Assembly: GCA_963555825.3 (NCBI GenBank)
Contig: CAUVXB020000002.1
Coordinates: 832,001-896,000 of the forward strand
Origin: Alphaproteobacteria bacterium
GTDB lineage: Bacteria; Pseudomonadota; Alphaproteobacteria; JAAXGF01
Direction of reading: 5' to 3'
DNA: 64,000 bases
Positions 50,784-61,022 of this stretch are shown piece after piece; position 1 is the stretch's first letter, and every line of letters starts with the position of its first letter. Made by a program: the position numbers and the translations under genes. A model generated the notes under the pieces. It saw only the letters and a program-made list of their open reading frames with translations, ran no database searches and was not told the DNA's origin.

Positions 50784-51149
50784 CGGGGCGGAGGATTGAT
50801 CGGGTGATGGCGACATCGGCGGGACACGCAAGGGGTTGTGCCGGAGAAGCGGGGTGGAGGCTTTCCCGGGGCGCGGCCCCGGAGCGAAAAATTCCGCTGC
50901 CGGACGGCCCGCAAACGCCGCGCTCCGGAGCCTCCCGGCGCGGAATTCCGCAGTTGCCGGAATCGCGGCTCGGTAACGATCCCTCTTACCCGGACGGACA
51001 ATGGAGGACCGGCAGCCTCGGACGTTGGAATGAATCCGACGACTATATGATTACGGATTGTAAGGGGCGAAGTTTACGGGATGCTGAAGCAGAGACAAAG
51101 ACAAGTTAAACCAATGGTTTACGACTTCTTTGGCCGCAAGAAAGTCGAG

Positions 51150-51830
51150 CCTCGATGCACAACTGTGTCTCAAGTCGTGAATCCGCACGTCGTCGAGGTC
51201 GGCGCGCGCCCGAATGCGTCGCCAGGGATGTTGCAGGTCGGTAAGATGACTTTCCGGTTTACGTCCCGCGATCACCCAGGGGTTGCCATCTCGCCTGTCG
51301 ATGCGCTCAAGAACTGCGATCGCCGGATCGCCGAGATACACCACCTTGGCGCCCGTCTTGGTATCGGGCAGGCGCAACTCACCCGCCTCCAGATCGACAT
51401 GCTGCCAGCGCAGCTTCTGTATCTCTGATAGACGGCACCCGGTCAGCATCAGCAACCGAACCGCGGCGATGGCTGAGGCCGTCTCCGTACCGTCCACCTC
51501 GATCTCTTTCAGGGCTGCGCCCAGACGTTGATACTCGATATCCGATAGAAACCGCTCGCGCTTCTCCTCCCGGAATCGCTTTACATGCCGGCACGGGTTC
51601 GAGCCGTCGGGGCGGAGATCCCACAGCTCCGCCAGATTGAACATCTTGGATAAAACCCCGAGCATACGGTTGGCCTGATAGGGCGTGTCGCGCATATCGT
51701 GATGGAGCGCCGCGATATCGCTCCTCTGAATATCGGGCACCCGGTACCTGCCGATCCGGGGATCGATGAACAGCTTGACTGAGCGGCGGTATTCCTCGGC
51801 CGTGCTCGGCTTGCAATGGGTGGAGACATA
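51150..51830 (-). pseudogene. Tyrosine integrase, internal fragment
   Basis: TGCRLSE, DTKTG and HDLRHS motifs; both ends missing. Confidence 0.85.
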
Positions 51831-52730
51831 CCGCAACAGGACACTCCGGCGCTACTTCCGTGGCGACGCCGCCTTCGCCTCACCCGAAGTCTACGAGTTT
51901 CTCGAAGCCGAGGACTTCAGCTACGCCATCCGGCTCCCCGCAAACAAGGTGCTGCAAGGCAGCATCGCCCATCTGCTGAAACGCCCCGTCGGCAGGCCGC
52001 CCAATGATGTTCGCCGGTATCATGCCGGCTTCAGCTATCAGGCCGCGACCTGGGACAAACCCCGCCGCGTCGTCGCCAAGGTCGAGTGGCATCCTGGTGA
52101 GTTGTACCCGCGCGTCGGGTTCATTGTAACCAACCTGAGCCGACCCACCGAGCGGGTCGTCGCATTCTACAATCAGCGCGGCACGGCCGAGCAATGGATC
52201 AAGGAAGGCAAAAACGCCATCAAGTGGACACGCCTGTCGTGCCGCAAGTTCCGTCACAACGCTGTCCGGCTCCAACTCCACGCGCTCGCCTACAATCTCG
52301 GCAACTTCATGCGGACACTCGTGTTGCCCGATGCAGTGGAGCAGTGGTCACTGACCACGCTGCGCGAAAAGCTCGTCAAGATCGGCGCGAAGATCGTCCG
52401 CCACGGTCGCTACATCGTCTTCCAGATGGCCGAGGTCGCTATCCCTCGTGACCTGTTCGCCGACATCCTCCGCCGAATCGATCGGCTCAGAACGACGCCC
52501 CTCCCAACATGACGACACGATCGTCCCTCATGCGTGAAGACGACAGGACCGGGGTGTCCGAGACACGGCCCGACCGGCAATATCGAATGCCACCATGTCC
52601 CATTCACTCTCAATTTCGTGTTGTCGGGCATGATCTTGGTGGCACAACCCATCGGACTTGCCCTTTGAGCGATTTCGAGCCACGCTCAACTTGGCTGAAG
52701 GGTGCCACATGGGAAATCCCGGTTCAGAGG
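51829..52730 (+). mobile_element. IS1380 family element, 3' half
   Basis: RGDAAF..YNQRGTAEQWIKEGK; end ATGGGAAATCCCGGTTCAG matches the left end at about 46968. Confidence 0.85.
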
Positions 52731-53142
52731 CCGAAACTACGCGCAGACGCTACCGATCGGTGCTCGGCGATATTCCAGACGAACAGTTTCATTTCGACGG
52801 CGCTCTGGAGTGGATAAGGGGTCGGTCGTCATAGCTCGGCCGCGGCCGGGCTGGAAGGGGCCGGCAATGACGTTCCCTACAGGATATCGGCGCTCGTCGG
52901 AGGCGTGGCTGGGGGTGCTCTCGTGGAGCGTGATCGGCGGCTGAGTCGCGGAACGTGGCGAGGGTGAGAACCCATCTCATGGGCGCGACGGGCACGCTCG
53001 TCAACGTCAGCCACAACGCCACTTGCCGCCGGCTCTCCCGTGCCCCGATGAACCGGCCCATCATCGCCATGCGAGGCTCGCGCCCGCTATGTTCCCGTGT
53101 GGATGGGTGAGCCCCACGAGCGATAACCACCGAAAGCACACC

Positions 53143-54033
53143 ATGGGTTCCGTTGCCGACAAAATCGCGAAGAAGATTATCCCGTCCGGCGGGTCGAAGG
53201 TCGTCGATCTGGCGAGCTGGCGGGAGGGCAGGAAGATGGCTCTCGAAGCCGGTTTCGGTGACGACGGCCTGGCCCTCGGCAAGTTCGCGGGCCATGACCC
53301 GTGCCACGCTCTGTACGTTGTGGGGCAGAACGTCGCCTCTCTCATGGCCGAATCCATTTCCGGGATGAGAGAAGCGAAGGGTTACGTCAGGATAGCCGGC
53401 GACGCCGAGAACCAGTACTTGCCGGGCGGGCCGCCGATGAGCCCGTTGACCGTCAGCTATTTCACGATGTGGGCGCTGTTCGACGTCCGGTTCGGGAGCA
53501 GCCGGGAAACCATGGGCAGCTGCATTCTGCGCATCGCGCCCGAGTTCGATTGCCCGTCCTGGCTGATCGACGCCGTTGAGCGGATGCAGCAGTCGAGGAT
53601 GGGCTTTTACGTACATTGCGGCGGCGAGGGCGAGGGGGTTCTGCTGCGCGAGGTCGGTACGCGCGAGATCGCTTCCTGCACGGTTCCGGCCGGCTATACC
53701 GGCTGCGAGGGGCAGATATGGTTCGTGCGCGTGCTGCCGCCGCCCAACCGCCTGTGCCGCCACCATATCGTGTTCAACACGCCCTACGTAATCCGGGACT
53801 ATCCCGAACGCACCTTTGTCGACTATCTGGAGCGCGAGCTCGCGCGGATGAAGGCGAAGAAACTGCCCCGGACGGATGACGCGCACGGCCATCTGATGAA
53901 GTACGGTCCGGATCCCAACCATTGGAACGAATACATCTTCTGCGCTTATTCGGGTCATAAAGATGAGGCGATCTTTCTGACCGGTATCCCGGACATCCGG
54001 CAAAGTCTTCCCCATGCCTCGGCTTATCGGTAG
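53143..54033 (+). CDS. Hypothetical protein, 296 aa
   Basis: Uninterrupted ORF with natural composition; PGGPPMSPLTVSYFTMWALFD motif. Confidence 0.75.
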   Translation: MGSVADKIAKKIIPSGGSKVVDLASWREGRKMALEAGFGDDGLALGKFAGHDPCHALYVVGQNVASLMAESISGMREAKGYVRIAGDAENQYLPGGPPMSPLTVSYFTMWALFDVRFGSSRETMGSCILRIAPEFDCPSWLIDAVERMQQSRMGFYVHCGGEGEGVLLREVGTREIASCTVPAGYTGCEGQIWFVRVLPPPNRLCRHHIVFNTPYVIRDYPERTFVDYLERELARMKAKKLPRTDDAHGHLMKYGPDPNHWNEYIFCAYSGHKDEAIFLTGIPDIRQSLPHASAYR

Positions 54034-54258
54034 TTCAGCCAAGCTGACACCGGCGTTCGGGGCTGACGCGGGCGGGACCGACCGCCTGCGGGGTGCGCGC
54101 GACGCGGCGCAGATCGCGCCGACGGGCGGCAGCGCGGATCCGGCCGCCCTGCTGGAGGCGGAGGTCGGCTACGGGCGATGACGGCGGCGGCGCGGCGGGC
54201 GCGCGCGTCGGGGACGCGGCCCGGAGCGCCCGTCCCGCTTCGCGGCGGGCGTCGCTCC

Positions 54259-54345
54259 TCAGGCGCGGGTGAACTTCCACACCACCTTGCCGACGACGTG
54301 GACCTCGTCCGCACGGCACGCATAGGGCGGGTAGTCGGGGTTGGC
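54259..54345 (-). pseudogene. S24 peptidase/phage repressor C-terminal remnant
   Basis: ANPDYPPYACRADEVHVVGKVVW. Confidence 0.55.
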
Positions 54346-54434
54346 GCCCCTCCACGGCACGACTGCGGCTTCGTCCGCGCCCACGGGATGGGGATTGCCG
54401 AAATGCCGGAATCGCGCGACGCTGGACATGGACG

Positions 54435-54530
54435 GTGGGCGAGATCAGGCTGCCCGACACGAAGACCGGTCCGAGGACGATCTCCCTGGCGCCGGAAGCG
54501 CTGGCGGTGCTGTCGCGGATTCCCCGCCGG
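54435..54530 (+). pseudogene. Second tyrosine integrase remnant
   Basis: GEIRLPDTKTGPRTISL matches GELRLPDTKTGAKVVYL of the 51.3-kb integrase. Confidence 0.65.
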
Positions 54531-54549
54531 TCCGGCCTGGGAGGTCGGC

Positions 54550-54935
54550 GGCGGCGCGGCCGGGGCCGGCCGGGCCGGGGCCCGCTACCTGGAGGACATG
54601 GCGCGCACGGCGGCGGTGACGCTGCTGACGCTGACGCCGGAGAACGCCGCCCCTGTGCGCCGGGCGGCGGCGCGCCTCGCCCATCCCTCGGCGCGCGGCG
54701 CGATCGGCGCCTGGGTCGAGGCCGAGGCTGCCCGCATGGCCGGGCGCGACCTGGCCAGCGCCTTCTATCCCGAAGAGATCGAGGCCGATCCGGAGCGGCT
54801 CAGTGTCGAGATCGCGGGCGAGCTCGTGACCTGGATCGGGCGCGAGGAGGCCTCGCGCGAGCGCCGGCGCTACCGCCTCGTCTTCCGCATCGACGCCGGG
54901 CGCATCGGCCTGCTGCGCTTCGAACAACTGGAGAA
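54550..54935 (+). pseudogene. traE: F-type conjugation TraE, C-terminal fragment
   Basis: YLEDMA..LLTLTPEN..SAFYP..GELVTWIG..YRLVF..LLRFEQ. Confidence 0.65.
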
Positions 54936-55542
54936 TGCCAACTTAGCTCACAGGATACATTCTATGTCGGCACCCTGAAGGGCGTCGGCCGGGTCTATCA
55001 GCAGACCTACATCGATACATACGCCAAGGTCGCCCAGGCCAAACTCTACAAACAAAAACCCCGATCACGGCAGCCGACATGCTCAATGACAAGGTGCTGC
55101 CGTTCTATGAGCAGCACGCGCTGCTGGTGCTGCGTATCCTAACGGATCGGGGAACGGAATATTGCGTGCGCGCCGATCGGCACGATTACCAGCTGTTCCT
55201 GGCCATCAACGACATCGACCACACCAAGACCAAAGTCAAATCGCCCCAGACCAACGGCATCTGCGAACGGTTCCACAAAACCATCTTGCAGGAGTTCTAC
55301 CAGGTGACATTCCGAAAAAAGATCTACGAGACCATCGAGCAACTGCAGAATGATCTGGACGAACGGATCGATCACTACAACAATGAACGCACCCATCAGG
55401 GCAAAATCTGTGAAGGGCGAACCCCCATGCAGACCCTGGAGGAAGGCAAAGCCATCTGGAGGGAAAAGTTCGTAGCCTGAACCTAAACTGACAGACGCCG
55501 CCTCAAATCCGGCACCTGTCAGATCAGGTCTGAATTACTACA
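54936..55542 (+). mobile_element. IS481 family element, 3' remnant with a frameshift
   Basis: QDTFYVGTLKGVGRVYQQT, TDRGTEYC and PQTNGICERFHK motifs; end ..ACTACA. Confidence 0.85.
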
Positions 55543-55590
55543 TCTAAAGAGTGTCTTAAGTCTCGGTCTGTAGCGCCAAGCGCGAGGCTG

Positions 55591-58500
55591 CTACATGCCC
55601 ATGCTTCGTCCCCGGGATCTTTTGTGGGTCTGGCGTTCTTCTTCCTCGGCCGTTTCGCGCGTTTTGGAGTGGCGCTCAACATAGTCGTCGAATTCCTTTT
55701 GTGCCGCCTTGCGTTCTTCCCCCGTTGCGTTGTACGCGGCTGACTGGAGCCGGCTGAACTCGCGAGCGTCCCTTTGTGCGCGGCGCTGGCTTTCCTCGTG
55801 CGTCTCCTGCGGTGCGGATTGTTCGCTATGGCGCTCCCGTTCGGCGGCCTCCGACATCTGCCTGTCGTCCCTGGCCATCAGTCTGCCGATATCGGTGAGC
55901 GCCCAGCGCATGTGCTCCAGGCCGAGCGGGATGCCGTTGAGATGACTGCCGTAGATAACATGGCCATCCATGATAAGCCGGCCGGTCTCGGCCAGCCTGT
56001 CGATGTCCGTCCGCCACCTGCCGTAGCCGGTGAGACCGGTAACCGGTCTGTTTAAATCGATCGCGACGGTTTCCAGCACCTCGCTACGATATTCCAGCCG
56101 GTCCTTGACCGCAGCGAGATAATCCTCGATTTCACGGCGGGTTTTGGTCCCTTTGTCGAGTTGGGCGAGCACGTTCCCGAGCGACCGGCGTGGGCGGTCT
56201 TCAAGGGCCGGGTTTTCGGCCAACGCTTCCATGCGGGCGCGGAGCTGCTTGTAGCCGCGCACATATATGGCATGGACACCGGCCCGTTCCGCGGCCGTGA
56301 GGTGACGGCTCCAGTCCTGTCGCAATGCTGAATAGGTGTCCCAGGCGACCTGTTCTTCCGTGGGTGCGGACGGTTTGTCCACCGCCGGCGCCACTGCCGG
56401 AGGATCTCTGGCCAAGCTCCGTTCAGTTGGCATGGCAACCGTTTCAATCGGGGGTGTGGCCTGCGTCGGGGTACGTGGCCTGCCATCGCCCGGCTCGGTC
56501 GGTTGAATGCGCCCGGTCGGCACGCCGCCCGCTGTCTCGGAGACTCCGCCCCCGAGCGGCGGCATTCCCTGGCGCATCTCCGGCTCGAGCCCCTGTTGTT
56601 TCGCCTCCCGCTTGATTTGGTGCACATACCGCATCGTGGCCGCGCGCCGGTGGCGGCGCGCGCGGGTATGGAGATCCTCGAAGGCGTCGATATCCCTGCG
56701 CCCGATGCCGCCGCGCTCGGCAAGCAGGAAGGCGAATTCAGCCGGCCGGGCACGGAAGGTATCGGCCTGTTTCAGCAACATGGCATGTCGGGTGAGGGTT
56801 TCCCGAAATGCCCCGCCGAGCGCCACGGCATCGCCTTGCGTGCGGGTCCGTTCGCGGAGTTCGTCGTACGCCGCCAGAACTTGCCTACGGCCGTCTACGA
56901 ACGAAGCCACGGCCTGGGCATAACGCCAGCCTAAGGCGGTGCGCCGGACATCCCGCGCGATGCGAGCCAGCGTGTTGTCGTTCGCTGCGGTCCGGATATC
57001 GCCCACCTCGCCCTGGGTTTCGCCAGGGGATCGACTTCTGTCCTCCCGGACATTCTCCCGGCGGTCCTCCCATATGCCATCGGCCATGTAGTCGAGCGCC
57101 GCCTCCTTCGGTTGCGAGCGCGACCAGCGTTCGGCCAAATACGCCCGGATCTCGGTGTCCGTCACTGCCGCCTCCCGGTCGTTGTCAGCCCGCCGGTCGG
57201 CGATATCGAGAGCGAGCGGCGCGCGATTGACATAGATGTCGAGTCCCTCGCGATGGCGTGTCGCGGCGGGATAGATCGTCTCGCGCGCGGGCCTCGCATC
57301 GGCCAGCAGGAACGTCCAGTCCACGGTCAATCCCTGGGCCGAGGTAATGGTGAGGGCATAACCGTGATCGAGGCGGATATTGCCGTACCAGTCGCGGATC
57401 TCGTCGTGGTGGAACGATACGTGCCGCCCGTCTTCGGTACGTGCCGATATCAGGACACTCGGCTCCGTAGCGGCCTCAGCTCGTTCAACCTTGAAGTCGT
57501 CGACCGTGACCACGGTGCCGTTGAACAGCTGCTTCTCCCAGTGCGTGGCGCCGATGCGCAGCCTGTCGCCACGGGCGATCTCCAGTGGAGAGGTTGTTCG
57601 CTCGTCTTCCGTCCCCCGGCTTACGATCACCGTCACCCGGTCCGTATCGGCCCGTTCTCCATCCGGCAGTGCGGCGAACCGGCGTTCCCGCATCAGGTAC
57701 GACAGCGCCCGCACTTCGGCTCGTGTGCGCGCCAGCACCACGCTGGATTTGTCGGGATGTTCCCGCTGGTAGCGGTCCCAGTCATCGACCAGGCCGGTCA
57801 GCGTCTTTTCTTCGTCGTACCCGATATGGAACCGCCCACGGACGTGGTGGGCCGCAATGGCCGATGCCGCGTCGCCATCACGCAGCGCTTCCGACGCTGC
57901 CACCTGCCACGGTGTGAATACAGGCTTATCCCCCATCGCATCGTACTCAGTAAGAATGCGGGCGCGTTCCTGCTCTCCCATCATCCCCGTGCGGAACCGC
58001 GCAGTCTCCGGATTCTCTCCATGGACATGGACCAGAATATCTTCCAGATCAGCCTTCTGGCGGCGGATTCGGTCAACCCTCACGCTACCCACGGCGTCGC
58101 GCACCAATCTCAACCCCGGTCCCGCTTCCACCGGCTGCTGCTGCTGTGTGTCGCCCGCGAATACGATTTTCGCTCCATGGCGTTCTGAGAGTTGGAGAAT
58201 GTGATGCGCCTGGCGGGTCGACAGCATCCCCGCCTCGTCGACGATGATGGTGGTGTCTCCATCGATCTCGATACCGCCCCGCGCGGCAAGGCGCAGCAGC
58301 TTGTCGACGCAGAACGGCCGCGCATCGACATCGTTACCCAGCGCCACGGCGGTGCGCCATGCCACGGCGGTGGCGATAATGTTGTTCCCGTGGTCGCGGT
58401 AAAGATCGGCGATGGGCCGCAGCGTTGTGGTCTTTCCCGAACCCGCCGCTCCCTCGATGATGGCTACACGCCCGCTCGAAGACGTGACGGCCCGAATCGC

Positions 58501-59853
58501 CTGGATATGTTCTACGCTCAACGGATAACCCGCAGCCAGAAGCCCCGTCACCTTGTTCTCGATTGCCTGGGCAGACAAGGAATGTCCCGTATCGGCGGCC
58601 ATTCCTGCCGCCATGTCACGGACTTCAATCTCCATTTGGAGGTTGTGACGGGTTGAATAGAGCCTCGTATGCGCCATGTCGGCCCGGCCTTCGGCCGACC
58701 GTGGCGCGCGGGTCAGGCGCACGACCTCAGGGCTCAGAAGAACACGCTCTATGCTTGTCGCGACCGCATCGCGGTTCAGGAGCCCGGCGGTGGCATTGCC
58801 GACCCGCTCGACGATATCCGGCAGGCGGAATACCGCTTCCTCGCGCGTAAGTCGGTAGGGCAGGTCTTCCAGGACTGCTGTCAGCGCCCGGATCTGCTCT
58901 TGGGTAATCTCTTCCGACTTACCCAAGAGCGAGACGATCAGCGCCTCGCGTTCGATAAAGCCGTCCGCTTCGCCGCGCCAGCGCGCGTGCCGGATCTCCG
59001 GGTCGTTATCCGGCGACTTGCCGGCCCGTGTGATCTTGTTCGCCGCCGCTGCACGCGGCGCGTTGCCCTCGACCGTAAAGCCCATCTCCCGGGCCGCGTC
59101 GATAATCGCCGCCCGGCGCTTCGACCAGTGTCCGATCAGGTCCTCGGGTATGCCTGCGATGCGCGTGAACTCTCCATCCTTGCCGTACTGTTCCATGCGG
59201 ATGCCGAGGCGTTCTTGCAGGCTCCAGGCGAGCGTATTGCGGTAGACCGCCCCCGCTGCCTTCATCCAGGTGTAGACCGGGTGTTGATGCAGCGCCCGGT
59301 ACTTGCCGTCCCGGTGTGTCCGGGCGGCATTGAAGATCACGCAGTGGGTATGCAGCTGCGGGTCGTTGTCCCGGCTGGTGCCATGCTGGAACATCGCCGC
59401 CGATATATCGGCGGGCAGCACCTCGATATCGCCGTCCCGGTTACGGATACGGGTATAGGCGCAATGCCTCAGCACTGTTTCCTCCAGCGCTCCCCGAGCC
59501 GCATCGTTATGCGCCCGCTCGATCTCCGCACGCAGCTCGGGATCGGCGACCGCCCACAAGGCGGAAACACTCTTGTCCGCGCTGAAGGTCAGGTCGAGAC
59601 CGGCCGAGCGCCGCTCGCTGCCCGCGTTCTGTGTGAGTTTGCCCCCGCCGCTTGGGGCAAAGCCGTTGTACAGCCGGTGGAAGTCGCTGCTGTCGACCTT
59701 GCCGCCGTCGGCAAGACCGAACAGGCCCTTCGGATTGAACCAGACGCCGTCGGGTTCCTCACCCGCCGTGTAGTACTCGTTGGGATGACGGAAAGAGCGC
59801 TGGCTCTCCAGGTAATAAGCGGCCGATGCCGCTTGGGCCAGGGTGGCTACCAT
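55591..59853 (-). CDS. MOBF (TrwC-type) relaxase-helicase
   Basis: N-terminal YY..YY, DLTFSADKSVS, H..SR..DPQLHTH, GAAGSGKTT, DEAGM and QGLTVD motifs. Confidence 0.93.
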   Translation of the reverse strand: MVATLAQAASAAYYLESQRSFRHPNEYYTAGEEPDGVWFNPKGLFGLADGGKVDSSDFHRLYNGFAPSGGGKLTQNAGSERRSAGLDLTFSADKSVSALWAVADPELRAEIERAHNDAARGALEETVLRHCAYTRIRNRDGDIEVLPADISAAMFQHGTSRDNDPQLHTHCVIFNAARTHRDGKYRALHQHPVYTWMKAAGAVYRNTLAWSLQERLGIRMEQYGKDGEFTRIAGIPEDLIGHWSKRRAAIIDAAREMGFTVEGNAPRAAAANKITRAGKSPDNDPEIRHARWRGEADGFIEREALIVSLLGKSEEITQEQIRALTAVLEDLPYRLTREEAVFRLPDIVERVGNATAGLLNRDAVATSIERVLLSPEVVRLTRAPRSAEGRADMAHTRLYSTRHNLQMEIEVRDMAAGMAADTGHSLSAQAIENKVTGLLAAGYPLSVEHIQAIRAVTSSSGRVAIIEGAAGSGKTTTLRPIADLYRDHGNNIIATAVAWRTAVALGNDVDARPFCVDKLLRLAARGGIEIDGDTTIIVDEAGMLSTRQAHHILQLSERHGAKIVFAGDTQQQQPVEAGPGLRLVRDAVGSVRVDRIRRQKADLEDILVHVHGENPETARFRTGMMGEQERARILTEYDAMGDKPVFTPWQVAASEALRDGDAASAIAAHHVRGRFHIGYDEEKTLTGLVDDWDRYQREHPDKSSVVLARTRAEVRALSYLMRERRFAALPDGERADTDRVTVIVSRGTEDERTTSPLEIARGDRLRIGATHWEKQLFNGTVVTVDDFKVERAEAATEPSVLISARTEDGRHVSFHHDEIRDWYGNIRLDHGYALTITSAQGLTVDWTFLLADARPARETIYPAATRHREGLDIYVNRAPLALDIADRRADNDREAAVTDTEIRAYLAERWSRSQPKEAALDYMADGIWEDRRENVREDRSRSPGETQGEVGDIRTAANDNTLARIARDVRRTALGWRYAQAVASFVDGRRQVLAAYDELRERTRTQGDAVALGGAFRETLTRHAMLLKQADTFRARPAEFAFLLAERGGIGRRDIDAFEDLHTRARRHRRAATMRYVHQIKREAKQQGLEPEMRQGMPPLGGGVSETAGGVPTGRIQPTEPGDGRPRTPTQATPPIETVAMPTERSLARDPPAVAPAVDKPSAPTEEQVAWDTYSALRQDWSRHLTAAERAGVHAIYVRGYKQLRARMEALAENPALEDRPRRSLGNVLAQLDKGTKTRREIEDYLAAVKDRLEYRSEVLETVAIDLNRPVTGLTGYGRWRTDIDRLAETGRLIMDGHVIYGSHLNGIPLGLEHMRWALTDIGRLMARDDRQMSEAAERERHSEQSAPQETHEESQRRAQRDAREFSRLQSAAYNATGEERKAAQKEFDDYVERHSKTRETAEEEERQTHKRSRGRSMGM

Positions 59854-60037
59854 GACGCCAGCTTGGTAACGACGTTACCGGATAGGGATACAACCTGTCC
59901 GGAGTGCAGCTGGATTATGACTGTTGTAGCTCTCATGATTCCAGCCTTAGAAATTCAATTATGTTCAACCTCTTACCGAATCGGTCAGGCGATATTTACA
60001 AATCAGGGCAAACTTTATTACATTTATCGAGATCGAG

Positions 60038-60062
60038 GCACCAAAGGTGCAGAGGTGTGAGA
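60038..60062 (+). other. Candidate oriT nic site
   Basis: GCACC-AAA-GGTGC hairpin followed by AGAGGTGT^GAG, in an AT-rich region upstream of the relaxase. Confidence 0.6.
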
Positions 60063-60337
60063 AGAAAGAATCACCATTTATCTCTCGTTCGCGACCGAGC
60101 ATACGCATATCGTTCGACGTTGCAAGGATTTTTTGACCGTCCACATTGACGGCGCGCAGGTTTGGCAAACGCTGGATTTTCACGCTGTTGCATTCGGGGG
60201 AGGTTAGGCAAGCGGACGGACCATCATGGCTGGTGTTTAGGATTGCCAAGGTTCTCGTTCCTCAGAACGGTGATCGGATAGCCGGCGACCGCATCCGGGC
60301 CTAATTGAGGATTCTGGAAACAGCGGGGAGATGGACG

Positions 60338-60640
60338 ATGCCGGCGAAACGCTTCAACGAAGCGGATATCGACTTCGATGCCATAGACGGGGAGTTGGCG
60401 AAACTTGTGCCGCCTAAGCTGAGCCTGACGGATGTGCTGGACCGTTTGCGGAAGCGATTGGTCGAGCAACAGGCCAAGGGGGTTACGGTGGCTCAGATGC
60501 ATGAAGTGTTGAAATCGGGCGGCATCGATATCACGGAGCACAGTCTGCGGACCTTTCTGGACAAGGGCGTATTGCCGGGAAGGAAGGTTGCCGAGGCCGC
60601 CAGGTCCATGGTGTCGGAAGAAGGCAGTGATCCGTTCTAA
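60338..60640 (+). CDS. Small protein divergent from the relaxase, probable relaxosome/mobilisation accessory
   Basis: 100 aa; GVTVAQMHEVLKSGGIDITEHSLRTFL HTH-like segment; GGGGAG RBS. Confidence 0.7.
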   Translation: MPAKRFNEADIDFDAIDGELAKLVPPKLSLTDVLDRLRKRLVEQQAKGVTVAQMHEVLKSGGIDITEHSLRTFLDKGVLPGRKVAEAARSMVSEEGSDPF

Positions 60641-61022
60641 GCCGAACGAGGGTGCATGTGAGTTCGCAAAGCAAGCAAGCGGCGTTCGAAGAACGGCGGT
60701 CCGTCGTGGCGGTTTTCGGGATGCGAATAATGAAGTTGCAATGGGGGATGGCCGGGCGCTAGCGTGGCGCTTCAGCGCCCGCGTACGGCGATGGCGCGAA
60801 GCGCCGTGCCGTGAGGCGGCGATGCGATGTTCGAAGAACGAGGAGCCGCGAGCGAGCGTAAGCTCGCACGGTTGGCGGTGGCGCGAAGCGCCCCGCCATG
60901 GACTTCGTCTTTAGCAAACCGGCACAAAAAGGGGGCCGACCTCCGCCGTGTGATGGCGGGGGCCGACCCTGAATGGTGTCGCTACGCGGCGGCGAGAAGG
61001 ACGGGGATTCCGATCTTGCGTG

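Noticed and set aside
52731-52820. GGCGCTCTGGAGTGGATAAG as a possible IS1595-type end
   Set aside because: No partner end or recognisable transposase motif.
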